Positions 38,042 through 48,700 of a stretch of 64,000 nucleotides of DNA are shown here, piece after piece. The DNA is from an uncultured Oscillospiraceae bacterium. Its GTDB lineage: Bacteria; Bacillota; Clostridia; Oscillospirales; Oscillospiraceae. The notes beneath the pieces were generated by a model, which was given only the letters and a program-made list of their open reading frames with translations, made no database searches and was not told the DNA's origin. The number at the start of each line of letters is the position of its first letter. The first letter of the stretch is position 1. The stretch spans positions 8,400-72,399 of the forward strand of contig CALWVS010000008.1 in the NCBI GenBank assembly GCA_944385095.1, written 5' to 3'. The position numbers and the translations under genes are program-made.

Positions 38042-39873
38042 GGCGTTTTCTCTCCTTCCTGTGGGTGAAAGTGGCTGTAGACTGCCTTTGCCACATGGAC
38101 AGGGACAATCCCCTCCAGTTCCTCCTGAGATGCTTCCCGTATGGCTTTGATGCTTTTAAATGTTTTTAATAGCTGCGCCCTTCTCTTTTCTCCCACCCCG
38201 GGAATCTGGTCCAGTTGGGAGCCCTGTATCCGCTGTTTGCGCTGTTTGCGGTTAAACTCAATGGCAAACCGGTGGGTCTCCTCCTGAATTTGCCCAATGA
38301 ATGAAAATAGGGCTGGGATGTGCTGAATGCCAATTTCCTGCCCCTGAGCGGTCATCAATGCCCGTGTGCGGTGTCGGTCATCTTTCACCATGCCAAAGGC
38401 TGGAATGGACAATTTCATCTGCTTTAAAACATGTTCAGCCACTCTTACATGGGTCATACCACCATCAATCAGCAGTAAATTCGGCTTTGCCCCGAATTTC
38501 TCATCTTCACCTAACAGCCGTTGAAACCGCCGTGTAAGCACCTGTTCCATGGCTGCATAGTCGTCTGGTGCATCCATATCTTTGAGTTTAAAGTGGCGAT
38601 AGTCTCGTTTCTTTCCCCTGCCATTTTCGTACACCACCATAGATGCCACAATATCATCTGAACCAGTATTGGAAATGTCATATGCCTCAATCCGTTTGGG
38701 GACAGTATCCAGTTGGAGCAACTCCATTAACATCTGTAACAGGCGGTTTTGTCGTTCCTCCTGCGTGGTCAACCGCTGCACTTCCTCCTGTGCGTTGCGG
38801 TTGGCAAGCTGCACCAAATCCATTTTTGCACCCCGTTGAGGAGTCAACAGCTCTATTTTTTGTCCCACCTGTTCTGAGAACAGGCGAGTGAGGGGAATCT
38901 GGTCGGGCAGTTCACAGGGCAGAAGAATCTTTTTTGGCATCCGTTCACGCCCTTGATAATACTGGCGCACCAACAGGGACAGGATATCCGCCTCCTGTTC
39001 TTCTATTGGCAATTCCAGAAGCTCCATTTCCTTGGCTGCCAGTTCTCCGTCGATATAATGGAGAATCACAAAACAACTCTTGGCTGTTCCACGCTCAAAC
39101 CCGATGACATCTGTGTCTGCCAGTGCTCCAGATACCACCTTTTGTCTTGCCCCCAATAACTCAATGGCTTTCAGACGGTCACGCAGTTCTGCTGCCCGTT
39201 CAAAGCGCAGTTCCTCTGCTGCCTGTTCCATTTCCTCTGTCAATTCCGCTTTTAACTCCTTTTGTTTCCCCTCCAACAGAGATACCGCCTGATGGATTGC
39301 CTCCTGATACTGTTCCTGTAGCTCTGGCGCACGGCAATACCCGTCACAAAGTCCCATATGGTAATTGAGACATGGTCGCTCCTTTCCAATATCACGGGGA
39401 AACACCTTCCGGCATTGAGGAAGATGCAGTGCTTTTTTCAACGCCTCCACAATGGCTTGTGTGCTGCTGCGGCTGGCATATGGTCCAAAATATCTGGCTC
39501 CATCCTCTGCCACTCGCCCAACCAGAGAAAACGTGGGATAGGCTTCTGGTGAGAGGCGGATATAGGGATACCCCTTGTCATCCTTCAACAGAATATTATA
39601 ACGGGGCTGGTGGCGTTTGATGAGCGCACTTTCCAGCACCAGTGCCTCAAACTCACTGTCTGCCACAATCACATCAAAGTGGTCAATTTGTGATACCATC
39701 GCTTTTGTCTTTTCTGTGTGTGCTGCGGAGTCCTGAAAATATTGACTGACACGATTTTTCAGCACCTTCGCTTTCCCCACATAAATGATTTCATTCTGTA
39801 TATCCTGCATCAGATATACTCCAGGTCGTTTTGGTAGTCTGTGTGCCTTGTCCTTCAGCTCATCCCATGCCAT
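38032..39873 (-). CDS. uvrC: Excinuclease ABC subunit C
   Basis: PGVYLM..YVGKAK.LKNRV.QYF GIY-YIG domain, UVR domain, IEAYDISN, LLIDGG, C-terminal HhH IPGVGEKR. Confidence 0.97.
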   Translation of the reverse strand: MAWDELKDKAHRLPKRPGVYLMQDIQNEIIYVGKAKVLKNRVSQYFQDSAAHTEKTKAMVSQIDHFDVIVADSEFEALVLESALIKRHQPRYNILLKDDKGYPYIRLSPEAYPTFSLVGRVAEDGARYFGPYASRSSTQAIVEALKKALHLPQCRKVFPRDIGKERPCLNYHMGLCDGYCRAPELQEQYQEAIHQAVSLLEGKQKELKAELTEEMEQAAEELRFERAAELRDRLKAIELLGARQKVVSGALADTDVIGFERGTAKSCFVILHYIDGELAAKEMELLELPIEEQEADILSLLVRQYYQGRERMPKKILLPCELPDQIPLTRLFSEQVGQKIELLTPQRGAKMDLVQLANRNAQEEVQRLTTQEERQNRLLQMLMELLQLDTVPKRIEAYDISNTGSDDIVASMVVYENGRGKKRDYRHFKLKDMDAPDDYAAMEQVLTRRFQRLLGEDEKFGAKPNLLLIDGGMTHVRVAEHVLKQMKLSIPAFGMVKDDRHRTRALMTAQGQEIGIQHIPALFSFIGQIQEETHRFAIEFNRKQRKQRIQGSQLDQIPGVGEKRRAQLLKTFKSIKAIREASQEELEGIVPVHVAKAVYSHFHPQEGEKTPCE

Positions 39874-39906
39874 ACAACAAAACCTCAACCACTATGAGAT
39901 AAAAAA

Positions 39907-39926
39907 GGCACCGCCTATGCGGTGCC
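39907..39926 (-). terminator. Intrinsic terminator after ptsH
   Basis: GGCACCGC-ctat-GCGGTGCC, followed by a T run on the minus strand. Confidence 0.8.
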
Positions 39927-39943
39927 TCTCCAGGGTACTCAAA

Positions 39944-40207
39944 TTACTCAGAGAAATCAGAGGAGATCATCTTATAGAGAGCCTCTACTGCTTCCTTCTC
40001 ATCGGGCCCATCTGCAATCAGCTTGATGGGGGTGCCCTTTACAATACCCAAGGACAAAACACCCAACAGGCTCTTTGCATTGACCCTCCGTTCATCCTTC
40101 TCAACCCAGATGGAACTCTTGAACTCATTCGCCTTCTGAATAAAGAAGGTGGCAGGTCTAGCATGCAGCCCAACCTGATTGTTTACAACAGCTTCCTGAC
40201 TATACAT
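39944..40207 (-). CDS. ptsH: HPr family phosphocarrier protein
   Basis: GLHARPA (His15) and NAKSLLGVLSLG (Ser46); start MYSQE with GGAGG SD. Confidence 0.93.
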   Translation of the reverse strand: MYSQEAVVNNQVGLHARPATFFIQKANEFKSSIWVEKDERRVNAKSLLGVLSLGIVKGTPIKLIADGPDEKEAVEALYKMISSDFSE

Positions 40208-40245
40208 ACAACCGTACCTCCGCACTCGTCATGTTGTGTACTATT

Positions 40246-40275
40246 AGCATAGCAGATTTCCCCCATTCCCGTCAA
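40246..40275 (-). promoter_or_regulatory. SigA-type promoter of ptsH
   Basis: TTGACG-18 bp-TATGCT with TG extension. Confidence 0.6.
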
Positions 40276-40434
40276 TCACATTTTTAAAAAATGTATCATT
40301 TTTTTGTAAATAATGTGAACAAGAACATATGGTTTTGTTATTTTTGCTAATAATGTCTTATTTTTGTCTGTGCTTTCTTGTGAAAAATCGCAATATGGTT
40401 TTGTGTTTGATTGGGAGCACAGGGCTTTTTCTCA

Positions 40435-42813
40435 CTACCGCATTTCTGCAACGGTGACGCCATCTTCCCCTTCTCCATACCGTCCTGGGCGGAACGATTT
40501 CACATATCGGCTTCGTTTCAAATAGGTACGCACTGCATTTCTCACAGCTCCGGTTCCTTTTCCGTGTACAATGGTGACCGTTTCCAGTTTCCCCATCATG
40601 GCAGTATCTAAGAACTGCTCTAACACAGCAATGGCCTCGTCCGTCATCATGCCACGCAAATCCACCTGACTGGGCACAGCAGCAGTACGCAAGGTGTGTT
40701 CTGCCCGTTTCATGATTTGCCGCACCTGCTTCTGGCTCTGGGTCTCCCCTTCCACTACTCGCACTTCGGACTGTTTGGCTGAAATTTTCAGGATTCCAGC
40801 CTGTAATTGTAAACTACCATCTTTGTTGACAGAGAGAACGGTAGCTCTGGTTCCCATAGACAGCAGTTCTACGGTATCTCCCACCACTGCATCACGGGTG
40901 GGTGGCAGCACTTCCTGCTCTTGCTTCGTTCCCCCCACCTTTTTCTCTGTGTCGTTGAGCAGACGTCGCACCTCTGCTCTGCGGTCGTTGACCTGCTGCC
41001 AGTTTTGCTCCTTTGCCTGCTTTTTTCTCATGTCCTTCAGCTCAGCAAAGGCAAGGTCGCTGGCGTCCCGTGCCTCCTGTAAAATGGCTCTGGCCTCTGC
41101 CTGTGCCTTTTCCACAACTTTGGCACGTTCCTCCTCCAGCTTTTTACGGTATTCCTGTGCCACTTTTGCAGATTGTTCTGTCTCCAGCTTCAACCGACGG
41201 GCTTCCTCTCGCTCCTGTTCCATTTCCTGCCGCTGCTGTTCCAATTTGGTCAGCACATCTTCAAACCGCACATTTTCTGCATCCAGTCGAGCTGCCGCTT
41301 TTTCAATGATATACTCTGGCAATCCCAGCCGGCGGGAAATGGCAAAGGCATTGGATTTTCCTGGAATGCCCAAAATCAGGCGATAGGTTGGGGCAAGGGT
41401 CTCCACATTGAACTCACAGGAGGCATTTTCTACCCCTGGTGTGGTCATGGCATAGACTTTCAACTCTGCATAGTGGGTGGTGGCTGCCACCAAAGCCCCC
41501 ATCCCTCTGGCACTTTCAATGATTGCCGCTGCCAATGCAGCCCCTTCTACTGGGTCTGTGCCTGCACCCAACTCATCAAACAGAATGAGGGTATTGTCAT
41601 CTGCCTCCTGCAAAATGCCCACAATATTGGTCATATGGGAGGAGAATGTAGACAGGGACTGAGCAATGGATTGTTCATCTCCAATATCTGCCAGCACCTT
41701 ATGGAAAATGCGAACTGTGGAGTCATCTTTTGCAGGAATATGCAAGCCACACTGCGCCATCAGGGTAATCAGCCCTATTGTTTTTAATGTAACCGTTTTG
41801 CCGCCAGTATTGGGACCGGTAATCATCAGGGTATCAAAGCCCTGCCCCAGTTCCAAATCGTTGGCAACTGCCTTCTTTTTATCCAGAAGTGGATGTCTTG
41901 CCTTTCTCAACTGCAAAAAGCGGTCTGAAAGTCGGGGCTGTGTGGCATTCATTTTCATAGAGAGCTGCCCTCTGGCAAAAATACCATCCAGCCAAATGAG
42001 AATCCGGTAGTTTTGGGCAATGTTCTCCTGGTCCTCTGCACATTGGGCAGAGAGCTGGGCAAGAATCCGCTCAATCTCCTTTTTCTCCTGTGCCAACAAT
42101 TCCCGCAGTTCATTGTTGGCTTTTACCACCCCAATGGGTTCAATAAAAAAGGTAGAGCCGGAAGAGGACACATCATGAACAAGCCCCTGTATCATATTTT
42201 TGCATTCCGACTTCACCGGCACTACATAGCGGTCAGACCGTATGGTAATAATGGATTCCTGCAAATATTTAGACTGGTCAGAGGAGATGATTTTCTGTAA
42301 AATATCCCGTACTTTCCCCTCAGTGGCACGCATTTTCCGGCGAATAGAAGCAAGCTCACTGCTGGCAGAGTCCGCCATCTCATCCTCACCTACAATGGAG
42401 TTGGTGATGCTGTCCTCCAACAGCCGATTGGGCATCAGCCCATCAAACAGGTGGGAAATGACACTCTTTTCTTCACTCATTCCATAGTCATGGGCTTTTC
42501 GGGTGGCACGCAGAACCGCTGCAATATCCAGAAGTTCCCTCATATTGAGACTGCCGCCCATATCTGCACGCTGCAAGCTTGCTGCCACTGGCTTCACTCC
42601 ACCAAAACTGGGACTGCCCCGCATGACCAGCATCTTCACCGCTGCGGAGGTCTCCTCCTGTGCCCGCTGCACATCATCCCGGTCACACATAGGGCGCAGT
42701 GCCAATGCCCTGTCCTTGCCCTCCTGTGTCACTGCACAGGCGGCAAGTTGTTCCAGAATTTGGGGCAATTCCAGCGTGACCATTGATTTTTCAAATAAAT
42801 TTGTCTGATTCAT
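40435..42813 (-). CDS. mutS2: Endonuclease MutS2 (with Smr domain)
   Basis: GPNTGGKT, DIGDEQSI.QSLSTFSSH, DELGAGTDP.EG, TTHY, GIPG.SNA, DLRG...HGKGTG. Confidence 0.97.
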   Translation of the reverse strand: MNQTNLFEKSMVTLELPQILEQLAACAVTQEGKDRALALRPMCDRDDVQRAQEETSAAVKMLVMRGSPSFGGVKPVAASLQRADMGGSLNMRELLDIAAVLRATRKAHDYGMSEEKSVISHLFDGLMPNRLLEDSITNSIVGEDEMADSASSELASIRRKMRATEGKVRDILQKIISSDQSKYLQESIITIRSDRYVVPVKSECKNMIQGLVHDVSSSGSTFFIEPIGVVKANNELRELLAQEKKEIERILAQLSAQCAEDQENIAQNYRILIWLDGIFARGQLSMKMNATQPRLSDRFLQLRKARHPLLDKKKAVANDLELGQGFDTLMITGPNTGGKTVTLKTIGLITLMAQCGLHIPAKDDSTVRIFHKVLADIGDEQSIAQSLSTFSSHMTNIVGILQEADDNTLILFDELGAGTDPVEGAALAAAIIESARGMGALVAATTHYAELKVYAMTTPGVENASCEFNVETLAPTYRLILGIPGKSNAFAISRRLGLPEYIIEKAAARLDAENVRFEDVLTKLEQQRQEMEQEREEARRLKLETEQSAKVAQEYRKKLEEERAKVVEKAQAEARAILQEARDASDLAFAELKDMRKKQAKEQNWQQVNDRRAEVRRLLNDTEKKVGGTKQEQEVLPPTRDAVVGDTVELLSMGTRATVLSVNKDGSLQLQAGILKISAKQSEVRVVEGETQSQKQVRQIMKRAEHTLRTAAVPSQVDLRGMMTDEAIAVLEQFLDTAMMGKLETVTIVHGKGTGAVRNAVRTYLKRSRYVKSFRPGRYGEGEDGVTVAEMR

Positions 42814-42831
42814 CCCAAACCTCTCTTGTTA

Positions 42832-43491
42832 TCACTGGGCGATGGAGGCTCCTTTTGTTACAGGTTCCCGAATGGGTACTGCCTGCAATCGCTCTCCACA
42901 GACCATCCCCTCCACTGTTCCAGCGGAAAAATCCAAAATATGGGCAAGATAGTCCTCTGCCCGTTCCTCTGGCAGCAGTACTGTCAGGGCAATATCTGCT
43001 CCATAGTCTGTGTCAATCACCACACCGCCCATCTGCTCTGTTTCCAGCTTGACCCGTTCAAACTGGGCATAGGTACAGGGCAACAGGATTTCCACCCAGC
43101 GACGCACCACTGAGACACCAGCGGCATCCAGCGCATCTTTGGCACTTTGGGTATAGGCTCGCACCAAACCGCCAGCGCCCAACAAAATACCGCCAAAATA
43201 CCGTGTCACCACACAGACCACATTCACAATGCCCTCTCTCTGAAAGACATTCAGCATGGGCTGACCTGCGGTGCCCTGTGGCTCTCCATCGTCAGAATAG
43301 CGCACTGGTCCATCCTGAATCAGATAACACCAGCAGTGATGCCGTGCATCATGATAGCGTTTTCTGGTTTCCTCAATAAACGCTCTGGCAGTTTCCTCTG
43401 TTTCCACCTGTTTGACCTGTCCAATAAAACGGGAGCGTTTTTCAATCAATTCTATTTCGCTGCTTCCTGTTGGAATATAATACTCTTTCAC
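42832..43491 (-). CDS. YigZ/IMPACT family protein
   Basis: EKRSRFI, A.HHCW.Y, SDDGEP.GTAG.P, VTRYFGGILLGAGGL.RAY. Confidence 0.95.
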   Translation of the reverse strand: MKEYYIPTGSSEIELIEKRSRFIGQVKQVETEETARAFIEETRKRYHDARHHCWCYLIQDGPVRYSDDGEPQGTAGQPMLNVFQREGIVNVVCVVTRYFGGILLGAGGLVRAYTQSAKDALDAAGVSVVRRWVEILLPCTYAQFERVKLETEQMGGVVIDTDYGADIALTVLLPEERAEDYLAHILDFSAGTVEGMVCGERLQAVPIREPVTKGASIAQ

Positions 43492-43509
43492 GCCCTGACC
43501 ACCTTCTCT

Positions 43510-44808
43510 CTAGTCCTCCCAAGGCTCTTTATGTGGCTTCCAGCCCTCCACCAACTCCCTGAGCTGACCAATGGTTTTTGGGGTACACACTGCCACGATA
43601 TCAATGGTCTCTCCATACTCCACAGACTCCACTTTTGCCTCTTGGTAGAGCTGTTCCAGAATACCACCTTTATGGTAGGGCAGATGGATGGTCACACGTT
43701 TGGCTCCATTGTCCAGTCGTTTTCCAATGGCAGACAACAGGTCTGGAATGCCCTCCCCTGTTTTGGCTGAAATAGAAACAATCCCCTCTCCATGTGGTCG
43801 GATTTCCCCCGTCCACAAATCGCACTTGTTGAATACCTCAATGCGTGGGGTCTGTTCCGCTCCCAATTCTACAATCAGGCGGTTTACCACTTCTGCCTGT
43901 TCTCTCCACTCAGGGTTAGAGGCATCAATCACATGGAGCAGTAAATCTGCAAATGCCAGTTCCTCCAGCGTTGCCTTAAACGCCTCTACCAGATGATGGG
44001 GCAATTTGCGGATAAATCCAACCGTATCAGAGAGCAACACCGTACAGGTATCTGAAATTTCCAGTGTTCTGGTGGTGGTGTCCAGTGTGTCAAACAATCG
44101 GTTATTGGCTGGAATGTCTGCCCCTGTCAGATGGTTGAGCAAGGTAGATTTTCCTGCATTGGTGTAGCCCACAATGGCAACAACGGGCACTTCATTTTTG
44201 ATTCTCCGCTCCCGCTGGGTGGCACGGATTCTCCGCACCTCTTTCAATTCCTCCTCCAGCTTGGAGATTTTACGGCGGATATGGCGGCGGTCTGTCTCCA
44301 ACTGGGTTTCACCGGGACCACGGGTACCAATGGGGGACTTGCCGCCAGATGCAGTCTGCCGCACCAAATGCCCCCACATGCCAGTCAGACGGGGCATCAG
44401 ATATTTATACTGGGCAAGCTCCACCTGCAAGCGTCCCTCTCTGGTTCTGGCACGCTTTGCAAAAATATCCAGAATCAGGGCAGAGCGGTCCAGTACAGTG
44501 ACTTTCAACTCCTCACTGAGTACACGCTGTTGAGAGGGGGAAAGGCTGTTGTCAAAAATCACCATATCTGCATCCATGGCTTTGACCAGACTTCCCACTT
44601 CTTCCACCTTGCCTTCCCCAATGAAGGTTCTGGGATCGGGGCTGTCTTTGGATTGCTGTACTATGCCCACACATTCCCCACCGGCGGTTTTCAACAGGTC
44701 CACCAGTTCCTCCATGGTCTCATCGGTGGCATTTTCTTCTTTCGGGAGGCTGTGTGCCCAAAGCCCTACCAGCACTGCCCGATTGATTTTCTCATTGGTC
44801 TGTGTCAT
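43510..44808 (-). CDS. hflX: GTPase HflX
   Basis: GEGKVEE, LDIFA.RA, RGPGETQLETDRR, GYTNAGKST, DTVGFI, NKCD. Confidence 0.97.
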   Translation of the reverse strand: MTQTNEKINRAVLVGLWAHSLPKEENATDETMEELVDLLKTAGGECVGIVQQSKDSPDPRTFIGEGKVEEVGSLVKAMDADMVIFDNSLSPSQQRVLSEELKVTVLDRSALILDIFAKRARTREGRLQVELAQYKYLMPRLTGMWGHLVRQTASGGKSPIGTRGPGETQLETDRRHIRRKISKLEEELKEVRRIRATQRERRIKNEVPVVAIVGYTNAGKSTLLNHLTGADIPANNRLFDTLDTTTRTLEISDTCTVLLSDTVGFIRKLPHHLVEAFKATLEELAFADLLLHVIDASNPEWREQAEVVNRLIVELGAEQTPRIEVFNKCDLWTGEIRPHGEGIVSISAKTGEGIPDLLSAIGKRLDNGAKRVTIHLPYHKGGILEQLYQEAKVESVEYGETIDIVAVCTPKTIGQLRELVEGWKPHKEPWED

Positions 44809-44824
44809 AAGACCTCCATTTATG

Positions 44825-45328
44825 TTAACATTTTGTCAAAACTTCCACAATCTCTCCAAGATACATGGTGTGGAAATCCTGCTCTGGATACCACTTCTCT
44901 TTGATCTCCTCTGGGATGCAATTTGGGTCCATCTCTTGTGCAAACCGTTTTCTGCACACCAGAACCAGCTCTGCCTCCTGAAAATAGGGCGCACCACATT
45001 GGGCGGTTTCTACAGTAAACCCACATTCTTTTACCTTGTCTACCTCACGACCGCTTTTGCTGCCACACAGAGACAGGGCTTTCTTATATTCTTCCCCAAA
45101 AAATGCCAGTGTAAAATAGTCCTCTCGATCTACAAATTCCTTTGTGTACCGCTGAGGGCGGATGTAGCAGGTGGCAGTTGGATCACCCCAAATCACACCC
45201 AGCCCACCCCAGGAAGCAGTCATGGTATTACAGTGCTCTTTGGTTCCTGCGGTAATCAACATCCACTTCTGACCAATCAGAGAAAACACATTTTCCTTCA
45301 AGGCGGTTGGTTCCATACTCTTAAACAT
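44825..45328 (-). CDS. Flavin reductase-like FMN-binding protein
   Basis: WMLITAG, N.MTASWGG.G, RP.RYT, CGSKSGR, HT.Y.GEI. Confidence 0.88.
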   Translation of the reverse strand: MFKSMEPTALKENVFSLIGQKWMLITAGTKEHCNTMTASWGGLGVIWGDPTATCYIRPQRYTKEFVDREDYFTLAFFGEEYKKALSLCGSKSGREVDKVKECGFTVETAQCGAPYFQEAELVLVCRKRFAQEMDPNCIPEEIKEKWYPEQDFHTMYLGEIVEVLTKC

Positions 45329-45410
45329 AGGCTCAGTCCTCCTTATTTTCTGCTCTCAACTACTGTATGCAGCCTCACATGATGACGGCACCAGTGAAAA
45401 GTTTATGCGA

Positions 45411-45442
45411 AAAAGCCGCACCGAATACTCGGTGCGGCTTTT
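45411..45442. terminator. Intrinsic terminator after rpmE
   Basis: Perfect AAAAGCCGCACCGA-atac-TCGGTGCGGCTTTT. Confidence 0.85.
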
Positions 45443-45453
45443 TAGACGCAATC

Positions 45454-45660
45454 TTACTTCTTGTCCAGACCAAACTTCTTGTTGAAACGGCTGACACGAC
45501 CGCCAGTATCCACCATCTTCTGCTTACCGGTGTAGAAAGGATGGCACTTGGAGCACACTTCAACACGGATGTCCTTCTGGGTGGAGCCAGTTTCGATCAC
45601 GTTGCCACAAGCACACCGAATTGTGGTCTGCTGATAATCGGGATGAATTCCTGCCTTCAT
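45454..45660 (-). CDS. rpmE: 50S ribosomal protein L31 (Zn-binding type)
   Basis: [30 protein letters not shown]. Confidence 0.97.
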   Translation of the reverse strand: MKAGIHPDYQQTTIRCACGNVIETGSTQKDIRVEVCSKCHPFYTGKQKMVDTGGRVSRFNKKFGLDKK

Positions 45661-45710
45661 TGTATCTTCACCTCTTTCTCCTTGGAGGATCGTTTGTAAA
45701 CGCAACTAAC

Positions 45711-45739
45711 ATGGTAGCACAAGTTTTCCCAAAATGCAA
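45711..45739 (-). promoter_or_regulatory. SigA-type promoter of rpmE
   Basis: TTGCAT-17 bp-TACCAT with TG extension. Confidence 0.65.
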
Positions 45740-45752
45740 GCCTTTTTTTCAA

Positions 45753-48700
45753 TTATTTTTCATTTAGCTCGTATGCTGTGCCAGTTCCAAAAAACCACAA
45801 AATTTTGTGCTGCACTTTTTTTCCTGTGATGGTTTCCAATGCCATGGCATATGCCTCCAGTTGAGGGCGGTACCGCTGGGCACAGGTTGCCTCCTGTCCC
45901 TTTGTGACAAAATCGCTTTTGAAATCCAGCAATGTGATGCCGTCTTTTTCCTCAAACCAGCAGTCAATCACACCTTGGAGCAGTACCTGTTCCCCCTCAA
46001 CCCCCACTTCATACCGTTCTGCTGGCACCAGCAGAGAAAATTTGAACTCTCGCCGTTTGTTTTCTGCCTGTTTCAGCCGCTGTCCCAGTTCCGACTGAAA
46101 GAACATGGACAGAGGACGTGGAGAGATTGCCTCATATTGCAGCTGGGTGAGATAGCCCCCTGCCTTCAAGCGGTCCAATTCCTTTTGAATCCCCTGTCTG
46201 CTGTGGTCTCCGTCCAACGGGATATACTGCATGGCAAGGTGGAGCGCAATTCCTTTTTGTGCCCCAGACAGTCCTCTCTCTTTGGCTATAAACTGGGGTC
46301 TGTACAGTTCCACTGCCCTTGCCGTCTGAGGTACTAACTCCCGTGCCTCCTGTCTGCTCTCCTCGTCTACACTGCGCCCCTTTAGCTGTGTAGCAGTCAG
46401 TTTGGACGGCATTTGCACCGCTGCATTGTGGGGATAGAACCAGTTCAACGCCTCCAGCAGGGACTGTTCCTCCTGTTCCTGCTGCTGTGGTGCATCTGTG
46501 TAGTACCCCTCCTGTTCGGTGTCCTCTGCCTCCTGTTGGAGCACCTTCCAATGGATGTCCCACTGGGGTCCTAAATTGTCTGCAACAGGCAAATCACCTG
46601 CCCCAGCCAGTTCCCGCAGGTTTTGCGCCTCTGGACGGGTCAGCACATGGAGCAAAATCCACTGCGCCACACTCATCTGTTGTTCCAGCGCAATGGGAGA
46701 GACAGGAACTGCCACATCCCCACTCAACCGCTCCAGTTCTCTGGCTCCCTCCCGTAAGGCAATGGATAATACCAGTTTTTCCTTTGCTCTGGTCATTGCC
46801 ACATACAAAAGCCGCAGTTCCTCTGCCATCATTTCCTGTTCCAGTTTTTGTGCCACTGCTTTTCGAGCCAAGGTGGGATATTCCACCATTCTGCTCTGTT
46901 CCAGCCCACGCGGTCCCAACCCCAAAACTGGATGAAAGAGCACAGGTCTGCGCATATCTTCCTGATTGAGCCGTCTGGACAATCCACAGACGAACACAAC
47001 CGGTTTTTCCAATCCTTTGGAGCGATGGATGGAGAGAATGGAAACACCCTCTCCCTCTCTGCCGCTGTTGCCCGTCTGGATTTTACTTCCATTGGTTCTC
47101 ATCCGTTCCAACCGAAGCAAAAACTGGAACAGGGTACGACAGCCGTTGTGTTCCATCTGCCTTGCCAGTGCATAGAGGGTATAGAGATGTTCCTGCCGTA
47201 CTTCTCCCTCTGGCAGTGCGCCAAATAGTCCCATCAGATTACAGGTCTCATAGATGTGCCAAATGAGCTGAGTACAGGTGCGGTCTGCCGCACCAAACCG
47301 CAGGGCATCCAATTCCCGGACGAAATTACGGCATTTCTCATTTCCTTCCTCTGCCGCACGCATCAGAGCGGTATAGAAATCCCCTTTGCACCCTGCCCGC
47401 ATCACTGCCAGTTCATCCGCTTCAAATCCATAAACTGGGGAACGCAACACAGCTATCAGCGGCACATCCTGTCTGGGGTTGTCCACTACCTGCAAAAGAG
47501 AAAGTGCCACATTGATTTCACTGCTTTCAAAAAAGTCATCTCCACCTTCTGCATTCCATGGAATGCCCTCCTGTTCCAAGGCACGGACATAGTGGTGCAT
47601 CACCACACCGGGACTGCGCAGCAGAATCATCACATCAGAGGGACGCAGTGGTCTCTGCTCCTGCCCACCCTGAATGAGCAAGGGTTTTTGCAGCAACTGG
47701 CGGATTCGCCTTGCCACTTCCTTTGCCTCCAGTGCATTTTTATCCATGCGATTCTGTTCTTCCAAATCGTCCTGATAGGAGAGGTCATAGAGATTCAACT
47801 CCAGCTTGTAGTCCTCCCCCTCTGGGAAGGTGGCTCCTGGCACCAGTGCCTGTTCTTCGGTGTAGTCCAGCTCTCCAAACTCTGTGGACATAATGTTTCG
47901 GAACAGGTCATTACACCCCTCCAGCACCTGCGGTCTGGAGCGGAAATTTTGTGACAAAACCCGTTTGTGGGGCTGTTTTTCCTCTTTCTCTGTCCCCATA
48001 GGGTAGCGGTTGAACTTATCCAGAAAAATGGTGGGGTCAGCCAGTCGGAAACGATAAATAGACTGTTTCACGTCTCCCACCTGAAAAAGTCGGTTTCCTG
48101 CCTCTGAAATGGCAGTGAAAATGGCGTTTTGTACCTGGTTGGTGTCCTGATATTCGTCCACCATCACTTCTACAAACCGCTCCCCCACTCCCTTGGCAAG
48201 CTGGCTGTATGCCCCTGTCTGTTCATCATACAGCAGTTGCACTGTACAGTGCTCCAAATCGGAAAAATCCAGTAAACTGCGCTTTCGCTTTTCCTCTGTG
48301 TAGGCGGTCCGAAACTCTCCCACCAAATCCAAAAGCCCCTGAACAGCCGGCTGGGTCAGGCGCATATCTTCCAAAACCTGACTGCTGTCCCCTTCCATCT
48401 GGTCTGCTAAAGTGCTGAGCTGCTTTTTGGCTCTCTCTCTCAGCCCCTTCACCCGTTGAGTCAGTTGTGCAACCTGTTCTTCCTCCATGGGACTGAGTTC
48501 CATTGTGCGTTTTCGTTTGCGTCCCACCGCTGGGAAGGAGATGGGCAGATAGGCGTACACAGAATCCCATCCTGTTTTCGTTGCCAGAGACAGTGTGTCC
48601 AATTCCTCCAAGGTGGCTTGAATGGATGGTGCATAGTTCTGCAACAGTAATTCATCCTGCTGGCACATCCTCAGTGCCAGTTCCAGTTTTCTGACGCTGT

